Assembly (NCBI GenBank): GCA_032096995.1
Contig: DAMCXN010000001.1
Coordinates: 68,260 to 132,259, forward strand
Reading direction: 5' to 3'
From: Aminipila sp.
Lineage (GTDB): Bacteria > Bacillota > Clostridia > Peptostreptococcales > Anaerovoracaceae
Length of the DNA stretch: 64,000 nt
A program made the position numbers and the translations under genes. The notes beneath the pieces were generated by a model. It had not been told where the DNA came from, did no database searches, and saw only the letters and a program-made list of their open reading frames with translations. Below, in pieces: positions 38,215-49,142 of the stretch (positions are counted from its first letter, which is position 1; each line of letters starts with the position of its first letter).

Positions 38215-39165
38215 TTATGCTTTTTTATTCTCTTTATTAAATAAATCAATTAATTTAAGCGTGGATTGTCTTAAAAGTTCAATGTTACTTATATCAAAAT
38301 TAATATCTTTGCGAGTGTGAATTTTATCCATATATAATCCGAAAAATTTTGATTTCTTTAGGGCTGCTATACCAACACCATTAGGAAATATGATTTGATC
38401 TGACGGATAAAAAGATTTGCTTGATTTAGCAAATATAATTTTCTTCTTGTCCTTTGTATTAAAAGCTTGTTCGAATAAATTTGTATATGATTTATTTTTC
38501 CATACATCCTTATTCTTAACAATTAAAATATTATCTCCATCTGAAACACAATCATAATTAATTAAGAGTTTTGTATTCATTTTTTCTTTGTGCATTTTTT
38601 TAAACAAAGAGGATCCTATCAAACCTATCTCCTCATTATCAAAAAATACAAAAGCAACTTTTTCAAAATCCACTCTTGTCTCTCCAAAAATAATTTCTGT
38701 CAAGGTTATGACGCCTGAGGTATTATCATTTGCAGTGTGTATATTTGCTTTACCAAATACAATTAGTATTAATAAAGTAAAAAGAAAAAATAAACTTGAA
38801 CAATAACTTATATACCCATTGTTTGTAAATAAAAATACGAGAAATGTAAGTCCACCACAAATAAAAAATATTAATATCACTATTAGAATTTGATACAAAA
38901 TATATAGCAAGATATTATTTGGTGTTAAAAAGTTTGGGAATGGAAGCTCTGGTGCTGTGTCATAGTGCGCCGTTACAATTAACTTTGCCTTTTTGGTATT
39001 TCCAATAACAATATTCCTACTTTTGAACATGCCCCCTTGTTCAATGTGAAAAGGTATCTTTTTTTCATCACAAGCACTACTAATCATATCTATAAATTTA
39101 CTTTTTTGTTTTTTAGTTTTTCTAACTTGATAGTTATCAAAAATATTTTGGGAAATATCTAGCAA
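38215..39165 (-). CDS. Membrane-associated M28 family peptidase
   Basis: TAHYDT, ANDNTSGV, DNEEIG and IHT motifs; two internal TM segments. Confidence 0.88.
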   Translation of the reverse strand: MLDISQNIFDNYQVRKTKKQKSKFIDMISSACDEKKIPFHIEQGGMFKSRNIVIGNTKKAKLIVTAHYDTAPELPFPNFLTPNNILLYILYQILIVILIFFICGGLTFLVFLFTNNGYISYCSSLFFLFTLLILIVFGKANIHTANDNTSGVITLTEIIFGETRVDFEKVAFVFFDNEEIGLIGSSLFKKMHKEKMNTKLLINYDCVSDGDNILIVKNKDVWKNKSYTNLFEQAFNTKDKKKIIFAKSSKSFYPSDQIIFPNGVGIAALKKSKFFGLYMDKIHTRKDINFDISNIELLRQSTLKLIDLFNKENKKA

Positions 39166-39237
39166 TAATATATTCTCCTTTTCTCATTTTATGTTGTCCA
39201 TCTAGTTCTTGTTTATTAAAATTCACGTATACTTATT

Positions 39238-39265
39238 AAAAAAGAGTAAGCTTCGCTTACTCTTT
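39238..39265 (-). terminator. Terminator after tRNA-Ser
   Basis: AAAGAGTAAGC-TTC-GCTTACTCTTT. Confidence 0.85.
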
Positions 39266-39269
39266 ACCT

Positions 39270-39357
39270 TGGCGGAGGACATGGGACTCGAACCCACGGG
39301 GCTGTTACACCTTACTCGCTTTCCAGGCGAGCTCCTTAGCCACTCGGTCAATCCTCC
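39270..39357 (-). tRNA. tRNA-Ser (anticodon GGA), CCA encoded
   Basis: GGAGGAT...CTCGC-CT-GGA-AA-GCGAG anticodon arm, long variable arm, GGTTCGAGTCC T-loop, ends GCCA. Confidence 0.97.
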
Positions 39358-39452
39358 AGATAGATATTCTATTAATTGATATCATTTTGCGTCTGGGTCT
39401 TTACCAGACGCATTTGCTATTATACTACAAGTATAAGCTTGTTTCAACTATT

Positions 39453-39929
39453 TTATTTTGAAAGCTGAGTCACTCTTTCTTCTAGAAGCTTCTTATAGTC
39501 AAATAATTCATGTTTATATTCGCTATTCATATATTCCGACGATATAATAAAGTCCGCAGTTGCGCGATTATTACCAATAGGAATATCATAAACTACCGCT
39601 ATACGGAGTAATGCCTTTACATCAGGGTCATGGGGCTGTGCTTCAAGAGGATCCCAGAAAAATATAAGCATATCAATTTCACCTTGTGCAATCCTTGCTC
39701 CTATTTGCTGGTCACCGCCTAAAGGTCCACTTTTGTATGCTTTAACAGGTAATCCTGTTGCTTCTGCAATAAGCTTTGATGTAGTTCCTGTTCCCAATAA
39801 AAAATGTCTCTTTAATACTTCCTTATTTTCTTCACACCATTTAACTAAAGCTTCTTTCCTATTGTCATGGGCAACAAGAGCAATTCTTTTATTTCTCTCC
39901 ATAACGCATGTTACGCCTTCATAAGCCAT
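39453..39929 (-). CDS. mgsA: Methylglyoxal synthase
   Basis: IALVAHD, TGTT, SGPLGGDQQIG and PHDPDVKALLR motifs. Confidence 0.97.
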   Translation of the reverse strand: MAYEGVTCVMERNKRIALVAHDNRKEALVKWCEENKEVLKRHFLLGTGTTSKLIAEATGLPVKAYKSGPLGGDQQIGARIAQGEIDMLIFFWDPLEAQPHDPDVKALLRIAVVYDIPIGNNRATADFIISSEYMNSEYKHELFDYKKLLEERVTQLSK

Positions 39930-40090
39930 ATTTTAATCTCCTCTTACTTATATTATGTTTATAATGAATCAAATCTTTTCTACTTTAAATCCATATATCT
40001 ATATTACTACATTTTTTGTAAAATAAGTTATAAGTTTATCATAAATCTATGAGATTGTATCGATACTTTAATTAAAAAATTTTATTCTAA

Positions 40091-40133
40091 TAAAATACGG
40101 TAGTTTTTAAAACAAAAGCTACCGTATTTTTAT
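40091..40133. terminator. Intrinsic terminator after thrC
   Basis: AAAATACGGTAG...CTACCGTATTTT. Confidence 0.75.
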
Positions 40134-40175
40134 ATTTTATTAAAAAAGGTTTCTTTTATTAATCATAATCGAAAA

Positions 40176-41654
40176 CTAAGCAAGAACTTCCTTTACTGAT
40201 TGCTTCATCTGATCAATATCAAGAACACCAGTGTGCCTAATTTCCTTATTTTCAAGGTCATTTAACCCTCTTGGTATTCTTACTCCTGTTTTTTCATTAA
40301 GTGCTCTTACATAAGCAAAACCATCTTTTTCTTCACCTAATCCAATTGACTTAGCTACACTATCCGCAAATTTATAGGCACTTGCAGTTGATGCTATTAT
40401 TGTTTTAGTATTATCTCCTGTTTCTTTTACATATTCATTGTAAACCTTGTATGCAACTACAGTATGAGTATCCATCAAGTAGCCATATTCCTCATACATA
40501 GAACCAATAGTTTCATTAGTTTCATCAACTGAAGCAAATCCTGCATAAAAGTCTTTAAGGCCTTCCTTAATCTTATCATTTACTTCATAAACCTTTTCTT
40601 TATCAAGGCTTTCCATAAGACCTTTTACTTCCTCTGCATTTCCACCAGATAAGTGATACAATAGTCTTTCCAGATTGCTTGAAATCAATATATCCATTGA
40701 AGGTGAATTTGTTAAATAGAAATCTCTTCTGATATCGTAAACTCCTGTCTTAATAAAATCAGTTAAAACCTTATTTTCATTTGAAGCACAAATCAATTTC
40801 CCAATAGGAATCCCCATTTGCTTAGCATAATAAGCAGCAAGTATATTTCCAAAATTTCCTGTTGGAACAACTACATTCATTTTTTCGCCTGCCTTAATCA
40901 AGCCTTTTTCCATCATCTTTGCATAAGAATATACATAATAAGCAACTTGAGGAACAAGTCTTCCTATATTAATTGAATTGGCAGATGAAAGTTTGCAATT
41001 AATCTTTGCTAATTCTGCCACAAATTCTGTATCATTAAATATTCTCTTTACACCAGTCTGTGCATCATCAAAATTTCCGTTAATAGCAAATACATGTGTA
41101 TTTGCTCCTTCCTGAGTAACCATTTGTCTCTCTTGTACCTGGCTTACCCCTTGGTTTGGATAAAATACTACAATTTCAGTTCCTGAAACATCTGCAAAAC
41201 CTTCAAGAGCAGCCTTACCAGTATCACCAGAAGTAGCTGTCAATATGCAAATTTTCTTATCTTCTTTTTCTTTCTTCATTGCAGTTGTTAAAAGATAAGG
41301 CAAAATGGAAAGTGCCATATCCTTAAAAGCTGCTGTTTTTCCATGGTATAATTCCAAGAAATAAGCATCTCCACCTTTTACAAGTGGGGCTATTTCTTTC
41401 TCTTCAAATTTACTATCATAAGCTCCATTTACACAAGCCTGCATTTCTTCATCTGTATAATCAGTAAAAAATGCAGATATTACTTTAAATGCAATTTCTT
41501 GATATGTCTTACCAACCATCTCATCTAGTTTAAATGGCAATTCTGGCAGTTGCATGGGAACATAAAGTCCCTTATCTTCCGAAATCCCTTGAATAACAGC
41601 CTGTGCTGCTGTTTTTTTATTTATACTTCCACGTGTACTTACGTAATTTATCAT
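40176..41654 (-). CDS. thrC: Threonine synthase
   Basis: YVSTRG, ELYHGKTAAFKD, ATSGDTG, NSINIGRL and PTGNFGN motifs. Confidence 0.97.
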   Translation of the reverse strand: MINYVSTRGSINKKTAAQAVIQGISEDKGLYVPMQLPELPFKLDEMVGKTYQEIAFKVISAFFTDYTDEEMQACVNGAYDSKFEEKEIAPLVKGGDAYFLELYHGKTAAFKDMALSILPYLLTTAMKKEKEDKKICILTATSGDTGKAALEGFADVSGTEIVVFYPNQGVSQVQERQMVTQEGANTHVFAINGNFDDAQTGVKRIFNDTEFVAELAKINCKLSSANSINIGRLVPQVAYYVYSYAKMMEKGLIKAGEKMNVVVPTGNFGNILAAYYAKQMGIPIGKLICASNENKVLTDFIKTGVYDIRRDFYLTNSPSMDILISSNLERLLYHLSGGNAEEVKGLMESLDKEKVYEVNDKIKEGLKDFYAGFASVDETNETIGSMYEEYGYLMDTHTVVAYKVYNEYVKETGDNTKTIIASTASAYKFADSVAKSIGLGEEKDGFAYVRALNEKTGVRIPRGLNDLENKEIRHTGVLDIDQMKQSVKEVLA

Positions 41655-41849
41655 ACTGCTCTCCTCCATCTCAAACTATTGTTCCTCATTTTATCAAAAT
41701 ATTTAGCAAATTTCAAGAAAATCCAATAATCTAGCTATAATATTTTTGCTGTTATTCAATAAAAATTTTAGTTTTTTTTGTAGTAGGTAACATTTATTTT
41801 GTGTTATACTAATGATGCAATAAAATTTTAGCAAAAGAAAGGGAATAAA

Positions 41850-42761
41850 ATGTATTTTGGAAGTATTCGTTTTTATAAACATGTAATACTAATTGTTATG
41901 ACTCTCGTTGTTGTTTTTTCTATATCATCATGTGTATTTATGGGCATATCAAACCATAATATAAAAAAAGCCCTTAAAGATAGCGGATTAACTCTTAATA
42001 CAGAAAGTTCTAGTATTACTACTGACCCACAACTTAGTGAAAAAGAAAAAAGATCTCAATACTATTTTTCTTCTTTTAATTATCAAAAATCATATCCAAA
42101 TTTGATGGTTACAAATGATTTTTTTTATAATGAAGATTCACCTAAGTCTGTTTATTTAACTTTTGATGATGGACCTTCAAGTTTAACATCAAAAATCTTA
42201 GATATACTTAAAGAATACAACATAAAAGCCACTTTCTTTATTGTTTATAATAATAGTACAGAAGCTAAAGCATTGTATAAAAGAATGATTGATGAAGGAC
42301 ATACTATAGGTGTTCATAGCACTAGTCATCAATATCCAATTATTTACCAATCTACTTCTGCCTTTCTAGAGGATTTTGCCCAAACAGCACTAATGCTTGA
42401 AAATACAACAGGCGTTAAACCCGAAATATTTAGATTTCCAGGTGGTAGTATCAACTCATACAATAAAGCTATATATCAACAAATAATAGCTGAAATGATT
42501 AGAAGAGGGTATACATATTATGATTGGAATGTTTCAGCAGAAGATGCAACAAATACTATTACAGAAGAGCAGATCTACAGTAATGTAGTCAATGGTGTTC
42601 AAAAATATAACAAGGCAGTTGTACTAATGCATGATTCAGGTAATAAATTTGATACTATATCTGCATTGCCAAATGTCATAAATGATTTACAATCAAAAGG
42701 GTATAATTTTTACCCACTTACAAAAGACGTTAAACCCGTAATATTTGATTACGTTGACTAA
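41850..42761 (+). CDS. Polysaccharide (peptidoglycan) deacetylase, CE4 family
   Basis: LTFDDGP, H.TSH, RFPGG and LMHD motifs; N-terminal TM. Confidence 0.93.
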   Translation: MYFGSIRFYKHVILIVMTLVVVFSISSCVFMGISNHNIKKALKDSGLTLNTESSSITTDPQLSEKEKRSQYYFSSFNYQKSYPNLMVTNDFFYNEDSPKSVYLTFDDGPSSLTSKILDILKEYNIKATFFIVYNNSTEAKALYKRMIDEGHTIGVHSTSHQYPIIYQSTSAFLEDFAQTALMLENTTGVKPEIFRFPGGSINSYNKAIYQQIIAEMIRRGYTYYDWNVSAEDATNTITEEQIYSNVVNGVQKYNKAVVLMHDSGNKFDTISALPNVINDLQSKGYNFYPLTKDVKPVIFDYVD

Positions 42762-42779
42762 ATATATATGGAGGAAAAT

Positions 42780-44444
42780 ATGGATTATAATAAATTAGCA
42801 GAATTGCTATTTCCACAAATCACAAAATCACCTAAAGAATATGAAGAAATCTTTCCTGAAAGGAACCTGCCTGAGGGTGCAAAAGTAACAAGACTAGGAC
42901 CAAGTCCTACAGGTTTTATACACTTAGGGAACCTTTATGGCGCTTTTGTTGATGAAAGACTTGCCCACCAAAGCAATGGTACTTTCTATCTTAGAATAGA
43001 AGATACCGATGATAAACGATATGTTGAAGGTGCAGTGGAAGTTATCATTAACTCACTTAAATTCTTCGATATTAATTTTGATGAAGGTGCTACTATTGAT
43101 GGTCACATTGGAAATTATGGACCTTACTACCAAAGCCAAAGAGGCGAAATTTATCAATGCTTTGTTAAACAACTAGTGCAGAAGGGACAAGCATATCCTT
43201 GTTTCCTTACTTCTGAAGAACTTGAAGAAATTCATGCAAAACAAGAAGCTAATAAAGAAAACTATGGTATTTATGGAAAATGGGCTGTAAACCGTAACCT
43301 TTCTTTTGAACAAATTGAAGAAAACATTAAAGCGGGTAAATCATACGTTATTAGATTAAAATCTGATGGCAACCATGAACTTCCTTCTGAAGAAATAAAA
43401 ACAATTTCTGTAGAAGATGGTATTAGAGGCACTCTAACTATACCTGAAAACAATCAAGATGTAGTAATCTTAAAAGCAAACGGTATTCCAACATATCACT
43501 TTGCTCATGCTGTAGATGATCACTTTATGAGGACTACACATGTTGTGAGAGGTGCAGAGTGGTTACCATCTCTTCCAATTCACGTAGAATTATTTGAAAA
43601 GCTTGGTTTTGAAATGCCTATCTTCTGCCATACAGCACAACTTATGAAGCTTGACGAAGAAGGAAATAAAAGAAAACTCTCAAAGAGAAAGGATCCTGAA
43701 CTTTCATTAGACTATTACAGAAACGAAGGGTATCATCCAGCAGCAGTTAGAGAATATCTTTTAACTATTTTAAATTCAAATTTTGAAGAATGGCGTATTG
43801 CAAATCCAGATGCCCCAATTGACGAATTCGATTTTACAGTTGAAAAAATGAGTAATTCTGGTGCTTTATTTGACCTAAATAAGCTGAATGATATATGTAA
43901 AGATGTATTAGTAAAAATCTCTGCTTCTGACTTATGCCAATTTATGAAGGATTGGTCAAAACAGTTCAGACCAGAAATATTGCCTTTATTCGAAGGTCAT
44001 GAAGAGTATATTGAAAAAATTCTTGACCTTGGTCGTGATGGTAAAAAGCCTAGAAAAGATTTAATATATGCAAAACAGATATTTGAATTTATAAGCTATT
44101 TCTTTGATGATTATTTCAAAATTGAAGATGCTAACCCAGAAAACGTAAGCGAAGAAGATGCTAAAACTATTCTAACAGCATATTTAGAATCTTATGACCA
44201 TAGTGATGATCAATCTATGTGGTTTGATAAAATTAGAAATATAGCTACAGAGTTAGGTTATGCTGCAAAACCAAAAGACTACAAGAAAAATCCAGAACAA
44301 TATAAAGGACATGTAGGCGATGTTAGCACAATAATCCGTATTGCAGTAATGGGTCGTAGTCAATCTCCAGATATCTGGGAAATACAGCAGATACTTGGCG
44401 AAGAAAGAACTAAAAATAGAATAAAAAACATGATTAATAAATAA
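42780..44444 (+). CDS. gltX: Glutamate--tRNA ligase
   Basis: PSPTGFIHLG (HIGH-like), RIEDTD, KLSKR (KMSKS-like). Confidence 0.96.
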   Translation: MDYNKLAELLFPQITKSPKEYEEIFPERNLPEGAKVTRLGPSPTGFIHLGNLYGAFVDERLAHQSNGTFYLRIEDTDDKRYVEGAVEVIINSLKFFDINFDEGATIDGHIGNYGPYYQSQRGEIYQCFVKQLVQKGQAYPCFLTSEELEEIHAKQEANKENYGIYGKWAVNRNLSFEQIEENIKAGKSYVIRLKSDGNHELPSEEIKTISVEDGIRGTLTIPENNQDVVILKANGIPTYHFAHAVDDHFMRTTHVVRGAEWLPSLPIHVELFEKLGFEMPIFCHTAQLMKLDEEGNKRKLSKRKDPELSLDYYRNEGYHPAAVREYLLTILNSNFEEWRIANPDAPIDEFDFTVEKMSNSGALFDLNKLNDICKDVLVKISASDLCQFMKDWSKQFRPEILPLFEGHEEYIEKILDLGRDGKKPRKDLIYAKQIFEFISYFFDDYFKIEDANPENVSEEDAKTILTAYLESYDHSDDQSMWFDKIRNIATELGYAAKPKDYKKNPEQYKGHVGDVSTIIRIAVMGRSQSPDIWEIQQILGEERTKNRIKNMINK

Positions 44445-44460
44445 TTTAGATTTTTTACAG

Positions 44461-44492
44461 CAAGGCAATTTACAAGGATTGCCTTGTTTTTT
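44461..44492 (+). terminator. Terminator after gltX
   Basis: CAAGGCAAT..ATTGCCTTG followed by a T-run. Confidence 0.75.
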
Positions 44493-44514
44493 GATTATAT
44501 AAAAGGGGGAAATC

Positions 44515-45243
44515 ATGTATACGTATAAGGATCGTGTAAAAATGAGCGAGACTGATAAAAATAGGAATTGGACTATACCAGCTATCATAGATGCAATGCA
44601 AAACTGTGTTATGTTTCAGCTGGAAGATCTAGGGGTTGGACTTGACTATTTTGATAAAGAGAACAAGGTATTAGTAGTTACTTGTTGGCAAGTAAAGATA
44701 TTTAAGCTGCCTAAGCTCTTTGATAAGCTAACTATTGGCACTCAAGTCTATAAGTGTAAATCAGCTACGGGTTTTCGTCATTGTATGATATGGGATAGTG
44801 AAAATAACCTAAACATAGCCTCCCATTCTTTAGGAGTATTTATTGACCCTAATACTGGGCGTCCAATCAGGACTTTAGAAGAAGAATGGAAAAAATATGA
44901 TGTTAATAGCGATTCTCACTGCACCGGGATGGAGTTTTTACCTAGGCATATACCTCAACCTGAGGATTTTACTATTGTAGAGAAATTTTATGTTAACATC
45001 CATCATCTTGATGTAAATAATCATATGAATAATGGACAATATGTAAGAATTGCTTATAATCATTTGCCTAATGATTTTAAAGTCGTGCAATTTAGAGTAG
45101 AATATAAAAAACAAGCAACTTTAGGAGAAAAAATAATTGTAAAGCTTTCTTCTTATGAAAAAGAAAAAGCAAAAATAATTTGTATTTTTCTATGTAATTC
45201 ACAAGATGAAGCCTTTGCTATGATTGAGTTTAGTAATAAGTAA
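44515..45243 (+). CDS. Acyl-ACP thioesterase (double hot-dog fold)
   Basis: LDVNNHMNNGQY and RVEYKKQA motifs. Confidence 0.9.
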   Translation: MYTYKDRVKMSETDKNRNWTIPAIIDAMQNCVMFQLEDLGVGLDYFDKENKVLVVTCWQVKIFKLPKLFDKLTIGTQVYKCKSATGFRHCMIWDSENNLNIASHSLGVFIDPNTGRPIRTLEEEWKKYDVNSDSHCTGMEFLPRHIPQPEDFTIVEKFYVNIHHLDVNNHMNNGQYVRIAYNHLPNDFKVVQFRVEYKKQATLGEKIIVKLSSYEKEKAKIICIFLCNSQDEAFAMIEFSNK

Positions 45244-45288
45244 ATTTAATTAAACTTAGATGCTTAATACGTTCTTTTAGAAGAAAAT

Positions 45289-45318
45289 AGGGCGCTTCTC
45301 ATTGGAAGCGCCCTTTTT
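45289..45318 (+). terminator. Terminator after the thioesterase gene
   Basis: AGGGCGCTTC..GAAGCGCCCT followed by a T-run. Confidence 0.85.
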
Positions 45319-45353
45319 CTCACTTTTATGTGGGTTGATGTACTGCTTAGCAA

Positions 45354-45461
45354 TTAATTATAACAATTACAGAATATAATCACCAATAATAAGAAGAAAA
45401 ATAATAAGCTAGTATCTATGCCACCACATTCGCCATTAAATAATCCACAACCGTTTGACAT
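45354..45461 (-). CDS. Small Gly/Cys-rich hydrophobic peptide (35 aa), YjcZ-like spore-associated type
   Basis: Manual translation MSNGCGLFNGECGGIDTSLLFFFLLLVIIFCNCYN; AAGGAGCAGGTGA RBS; CATATCAT sigmaK/E-like -10 upstream. Confidence 0.7.
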   Translation of the reverse strand: MSNGCGLFNGECGGIDTSLLFFFLLLVIIFCNCYN

Positions 45462-45613
45462 TTATAATCACCTGCTCCTTTAAAATTTATTGTTGTATGA
45501 TATGATATGTCTTTTCTCTGTAATGTGTTACTCATTTCTAAATTAATAACTTCATTTTTAAGTATATAAATTCGATAAATAATTATAAAATTTTATGTTG
45601 AAAACCTCTATAT

Positions 45614-46861
45614 TTATACCTGCCAGCTATTTAAGTACTTTTCCTGTTCTGATGTGAGCTTATCGATCTCAATACCCCAAGCCTCTAGCTTTCTAGTTGA
45701 AATAAGGTCATCAATTTCTTCAGATACATCAATTACTGCATTATCTAACGTTTTGTAATTGTCCCTTATATATAATGCTGATAATGTCTGTACCGCAAAA
45801 CTCATATCCATAATTTCTGCCGGATGTCCGTCTGCTGCAGCAATATTTACAAGTCTGCCTTCAGCAATGACGTTTATCATCCTACCATTTTCAAGCTTAT
45901 AGCCCATGATATTCTTTCTTGTCTCCATCTTTTCTACAGCTACAGCCTCAAGACCTGCCATATCAATTTCACAATCGAAGTGTCCTGCGTTTGTAAGGAT
46001 AGCTCTATCCTTCATTGTTATCATATGCTCAACTGTAATGGTTTTGTTACACCCTGTTGCAGAAACAAAAATATCTCCTAAAGGTGCAGCCTTAGCCATA
46101 GGCATTACGCTATATCCATCCATACGAGCCTCGATAGCTTTAACAGGATTAATCTCTGTAACTATTACATTGGCACCCATAGCCGCCGCTCTCATTGCAA
46201 TACCTCTTGAGCACCAACCATATCCAGCTACTACAACAGTCTTACCAGCTACAATTAAATTTGTATTTGTCATAATGCTAGCCCAAACAGACTGACCTGT
46301 CCCATATCTGTTGTCAAATAAATGTTTGCATTGTGCATCATTTACCGCTACCATAGGGAACTTAAGCACACCTTCACGTTCCATAGCTTTAAGTCTAATT
46401 ACACCTGTAGTAGTTTCTTCGCATCCACCCCAAACTTCTTCAGCAAGATCTGGCCTCTTGTTATGAACCATGCCAACAAGATCTCCACCATCATCTATGA
46501 TGATATTAGGTTTATGTTCAAGACACATTTCAATATGTCTTTCATACTCTTCAGCCGTAGCGCCATGATAAGCAAAAACCATAAGGCCATCTTCAACTAA
46601 CGCTGCTGCAATGTCATCCTGCGTAGAAAGTACATTACTTCCTGTCACTGACATCTGCGCGCCTCCTGCTGCTAACACCTTGCATAAATATGCGGTTTTA
46701 GCTTCAAGATGCACTGAAAGAGAAATTTTAATACCCTTAAAAGGCTTTGTCTTTACAAATTCCTCTTCAAATCCTCTAAGAAGGGGCATGTTGTTTTTTA
46801 CCCACTCAATTTTCTGGTGTCCAGATGGTGCTAAACTAATGTCTCTAATTTCACTTTTCAT
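45614..46861 (-). CDS. ahcY: Adenosylhomocysteinase
   Basis: STQD, DDGGDL, EETTTG, KHLFDNRYGTGQS and GHPAEIMDMSF motifs. Confidence 0.97.
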   Translation of the reverse strand: MKSEIRDISLAPSGHQKIEWVKNNMPLLRGFEEEFVKTKPFKGIKISLSVHLEAKTAYLCKVLAAGGAQMSVTGSNVLSTQDDIAAALVEDGLMVFAYHGATAEEYERHIEMCLEHKPNIIIDDGGDLVGMVHNKRPDLAEEVWGGCEETTTGVIRLKAMEREGVLKFPMVAVNDAQCKHLFDNRYGTGQSVWASIMTNTNLIVAGKTVVVAGYGWCSRGIAMRAAAMGANVIVTEINPVKAIEARMDGYSVMPMAKAAPLGDIFVSATGCNKTITVEHMITMKDRAILTNAGHFDCEIDMAGLEAVAVEKMETRKNIMGYKLENGRMINVIAEGRLVNIAAADGHPAEIMDMSFAVQTLSALYIRDNYKTLDNAVIDVSEEIDDLISTRKLEAWGIEIDKLTSEQEKYLNSWQV

Positions 46862-46897
46862 AATCAAGATTTTCTCCTTTTCTATGTTATTAAAGTT

Positions 46898-47521
46898 TTA
46901 TTTATAAAAGCTTTTTGTGAAGGCTTCCGTTGTGTCACAATGTCCCATAAGGGTTTCAACTTCTTGCCCATCTACTAAAAACTTTACGCTCTCGATTTCA
47001 TCAAAACTATTTACTAGAGTATCAACTATTTGACTTATAAGAACAGTTTCTTCAAAAGACCCCCCACTGCCTTTAAGGTCTTCACCTATTAAATCAACAT
47101 AGGCAACTCCCTCCTTAGAGGTAATATCGTGCATTCCAAATTTCTCAGTAACTATAGTGTCTGCATTTTTTAAATCATCAGGAACTTCCCATAAAGATGT
47201 AATTGTATCCACATACGCATTAGATGCAACCTCTTCATCAGTCATTCCTTCTGGAGTTTTCTCTGGAATCCCTATTGATATTGCATCGTACTCTATTAAA
47301 GCACCGTTGCTTTCATCACCAGTTTCAATAAAGTCTTTATTTACAAAATACAGTTTAACTTGTTTGAATACTGTTGGTGTATCTTCCTTTGATGGTTGTT
47401 CATTTTTTTCGGTACAACCTGATAATCCTACCAACAGTATCATAACCAACACTATAGACATTGTTAGCCCTAACATTCTAAACATTAAATTACCAAGCTT
47501 TGCGCTACTGTGCATTCTCAT
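46898..47521 (-). CDS. GerMN domain lipoprotein
   Basis: LSGC lipobox, VKLYF, GGSFEE...QIVDTL and V.FLVDG...ETLMGH motifs. Confidence 0.85.
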   Translation of the reverse strand: MRMHSSAKLGNLMFRMLGLTMSIVLVMILLVGLSGCTEKNEQPSKEDTPTVFKQVKLYFVNKDFIETGDESNGALIEYDAISIGIPEKTPEGMTDEEVASNAYVDTITSLWEVPDDLKNADTIVTEKFGMHDITSKEGVAYVDLIGEDLKGSGGSFEETVLISQIVDTLVNSFDEIESVKFLVDGQEVETLMGHCDTTEAFTKSFYK

Positions 47522-47532
47522 TTTAATCCCCC

Positions 47533-48846
47533 TTAATACGTAACTTCTGGTCTTGATTTATCATAAACCTTATTAACATCATAATAATATTTATTAACAA
47601 ACTCTGGACGTTTTTGCATTGTATATCCGTCCAAATTTACTCTTGGCATTATCATAATGTCATTATATAATTTTGTTCTCCTACTTATATCTACAGGACA
47701 AAAAATTTTGTATCCACTTTCAGCAATATATCTATGTATTGAATTGTTATTATCCCAATGCCAACCAAAAGGTGAAATATAAATATTAGTTTCTCCTACC
47801 CAAGGAGCTATCTTTTGTTTCCATCTATCAGTGTCATATTTCATTTGAGCCATAGTTACTTTTCCAGTTCTAAAATACCCATTGTGAGTATAGCTATGAC
47901 ATGCAAATAGCCATCCATCAGCTTTCATGTTATCTGCTATAGCTTTAACTTCCTGTTGCCATTTAGCCTCTTCTGGTAAATCATCTGTAATCCTATAACC
48001 TAAAGCACCCTGATAACCAGTAAGTGCCATCACACCTTTTGTTCCTTTCCAAGAAAAATCTGGATGTTCAGCAACAAAATCATCTAAAATAGGCATTACA
48101 TCTCCATCACGAGTTAACCTTGCCTCTCCATTATCCTGAATTACCTCGGTCCATACTCTTCCATCATCACCTATAACTAAGCGATTTGCAAAGCCATCTG
48201 GTTTCATATAATCATAGTAATTAACATCATCTATGGAAATCACTAGAGGTTTCTTTCCCTCTGGTAAAAAAATATCCTTAGCTTTTACACTTCCGTCTTG
48301 AGCAACTTCAAGTGTTTCGTTTAAAGGATAAAGTACATACCCTCTTTCGTACAGCTCTGGAAGCATTGCTTTAAATTCTTTTACAGTTGTCATCCACATA
48401 TTATATCCTTTCGCAGGATGACCTTTATCGTCAAAAGCTAATTCTGGATATATAATCAAGCTATGAAAAAATACATGCTCAATCACACCATCATATTTTA
48501 CTAATGATTCTTTCTGCTGTTTTATATCTTCTATTTTTAATTTAATAGCATCACCAGTTATATTTTCATCTATTAAAGAAGGGTCTTCTTTTAAAACATC
48601 TAATGCTTCATCATAAAAATATCCTAATGCTAGTTCATCTGCCTGTGCAATAACTGCATTTTTTTCATCTTCTCTATTTTCGGCCGAGACAACATTCTCC
48701 CCTCCAATAGTATCTTTCATTATCATTACACCTAATATAGCTACTGCTATAATACCTATAAGTACCGCTATGTTTACGAATTTCTTTTTTTGATTGTCTT
48801 GTGGTTCCTGATTGTGCTTGCCACTATCTCCCTTTAATCCACTCAT
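47533..48846 (-). CDS. Membrane-anchored polysaccharide deacetylase-like protein
   Basis: HVFFHSL, KKPLVISIDD, HSYTH and PFG motifs; N-terminal TM. Confidence 0.8.
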   Translation of the reverse strand: MSGLKGDSGKHNQEPQDNQKKKFVNIAVLIGIIAVAILGVMIMKDTIGGENVVSAENREDEKNAVIAQADELALGYFYDEALDVLKEDPSLIDENITGDAIKLKIEDIKQQKESLVKYDGVIEHVFFHSLIIYPELAFDDKGHPAKGYNMWMTTVKEFKAMLPELYERGYVLYPLNETLEVAQDGSVKAKDIFLPEGKKPLVISIDDVNYYDYMKPDGFANRLVIGDDGRVWTEVIQDNGEARLTRDGDVMPILDDFVAEHPDFSWKGTKGVMALTGYQGALGYRITDDLPEEAKWQQEVKAIADNMKADGWLFACHSYTHNGYFRTGKVTMAQMKYDTDRWKQKIAPWVGETNIYISPFGWHWDNNNSIHRYIAESGYKIFCPVDISRRTKLYNDIMIMPRVNLDGYTMQKRPEFVNKYYYDVNKVYDKSRPEVTY

Positions 48847-49142
48847 AATAACTCCCCTTTTTATTCTTTCTTTTCTTTGATTTGCACTTCATCCACTTTA
48901 ACTATCTTAATAAATATTATACTATAAAAAAACTTACTCTTGTTAACAATTTTAATCTTGTATAAATCCAATGTTAGGTAAGCCCCTATATTTTACTTAC
49001 AAAATTATCTTTTAAATTTAGTTTTAAAAAGACTCTTAGGAAAATAAAAAAAGCCACCTGAATTTATAAAATAAAATTCTAGATAGCTTCTTTTACTTTT
49101 TTTCATATTAAATAATATATACATATACTACAACCATAAATC

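Noticed and set aside
26109..39357. tRNA-Ser-anchored genomic island
   Set aside because: No integrase or transposase, and I noticed no duplicated tRNA 3' end; core-like hyd genes are interspersed.
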